Assembly (NCBI RefSeq): GCF_018350175.1
Contig: NC_058379.1
Span: forward strand, 89,156,001 to 89,220,000
Source: Felis catus
Taxonomy: Eukaryota
Direction of reading: 5' to 3'
Length of the DNA: 64,000 bases
Shown: piece by piece, positions 63,429-64,000 of the stretch
How positions within the stretch are numbered: position 1 is the stretch's first letter
How the letters are laid out: every line of letters starts with the position of its first letter
Position numbers and translations under genes: made by a program
The notes under the pieces: model-generated
What the model was told of the DNA's origin: nothing
The model's input: only the letters and a program-made list of their open reading frames with translations
Databases searched by the model: none

Positions 63429-64000
63429 GCTGGTCGAAGAAAAATCCCACACACTGCCCAAAACAAGCCAAAAAATGATTCAGCAACTTCGATGCCAAGA
63501 CTGTAAATGACTTTACATAATTTAATGAAATTTAAATACAATGAAAGTGTAAAGTGTTGTTACTCAAATTCCTATTTCCACATTTTGAACTACTGAGCGA
63601 GGAGGGGGGAGAAAGTCCACAGTGACCTTGCTTGGATAATAGGAGTTTCCTATTAAAATACTTGGTGACTGATTTATTTGTGTTGTTAACACAAACCCCA
63701 CTTCAGAAGGTATCTGGCATAGTAGTACTTTCCTCAGTGAATGTAATGAAAAATATCATATAATTAAAGGAGTTACTGATTCTCCCTAATTTGAATATCA
63801 CCTTCTATTCTCATCTCTCCTTTTCCTTTCTCATATGTTACTAATGAAGTAGTCAATGAGTTGTGTTCTTGTAACACAAGAGCGATAGACACACCACAGT
63901 GTCATGAATTTGCTCCATTAATTTGCTGGTGACTGTCATTAGGAGGGAAATGGAGGACAGGGTAGAAGAAATGGATGAGGTTTTCCATATAAAGATGTTG

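Overview
Mammalian genomic DNA, almost certainly from a felid. It carries about 18 tRNA-derived carnivore SINEs (CanSINE/SINEC). Four of them are near-identical copies of the young cat-type form (…TTCAGCCAGGTCACGATCT…GGGCTGATGGCTCAGAGCC…). The background is AT-rich and CpG-poor, filled with old L1, L2, MIR, MaLR (MLT1) LTR, ERV1-like LTR and hAT DNA-transposon relics, many microsatellites and two assembly gaps (29873-30001, 54912-55078). I cannot support any protein-coding gene: none of the listed ORFs resembles a protein I recognise, and many lie in repeats or low-complexity DNA. The best non-repeat signal is a possible compact minus-strand spliced transcript at about 45.3-40.2 kb, with a CpG-rich start, two splice-bounded internal exons and an mRNA-like 3' end. 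The most unusual structures are: a SINE that carries 50 bp of extra sequence and a second poly(A) inside one target-site duplication (apparent SINE 3' transduction); a ~170-bp local duplication whose second copy keeps the empty site of a SINE; an 18-bp-period array of GGGCGTGG (Sp/KLF) boxes inside an L2 relic; a perfect 55-bp tandem duplication; and L1 relics with strongly GC-shifted substitutions. I see no convincing evidence for a wholly new biological system. Repeat family names come from recalled consensus sequences, and old-repeat boundaries are approximate.
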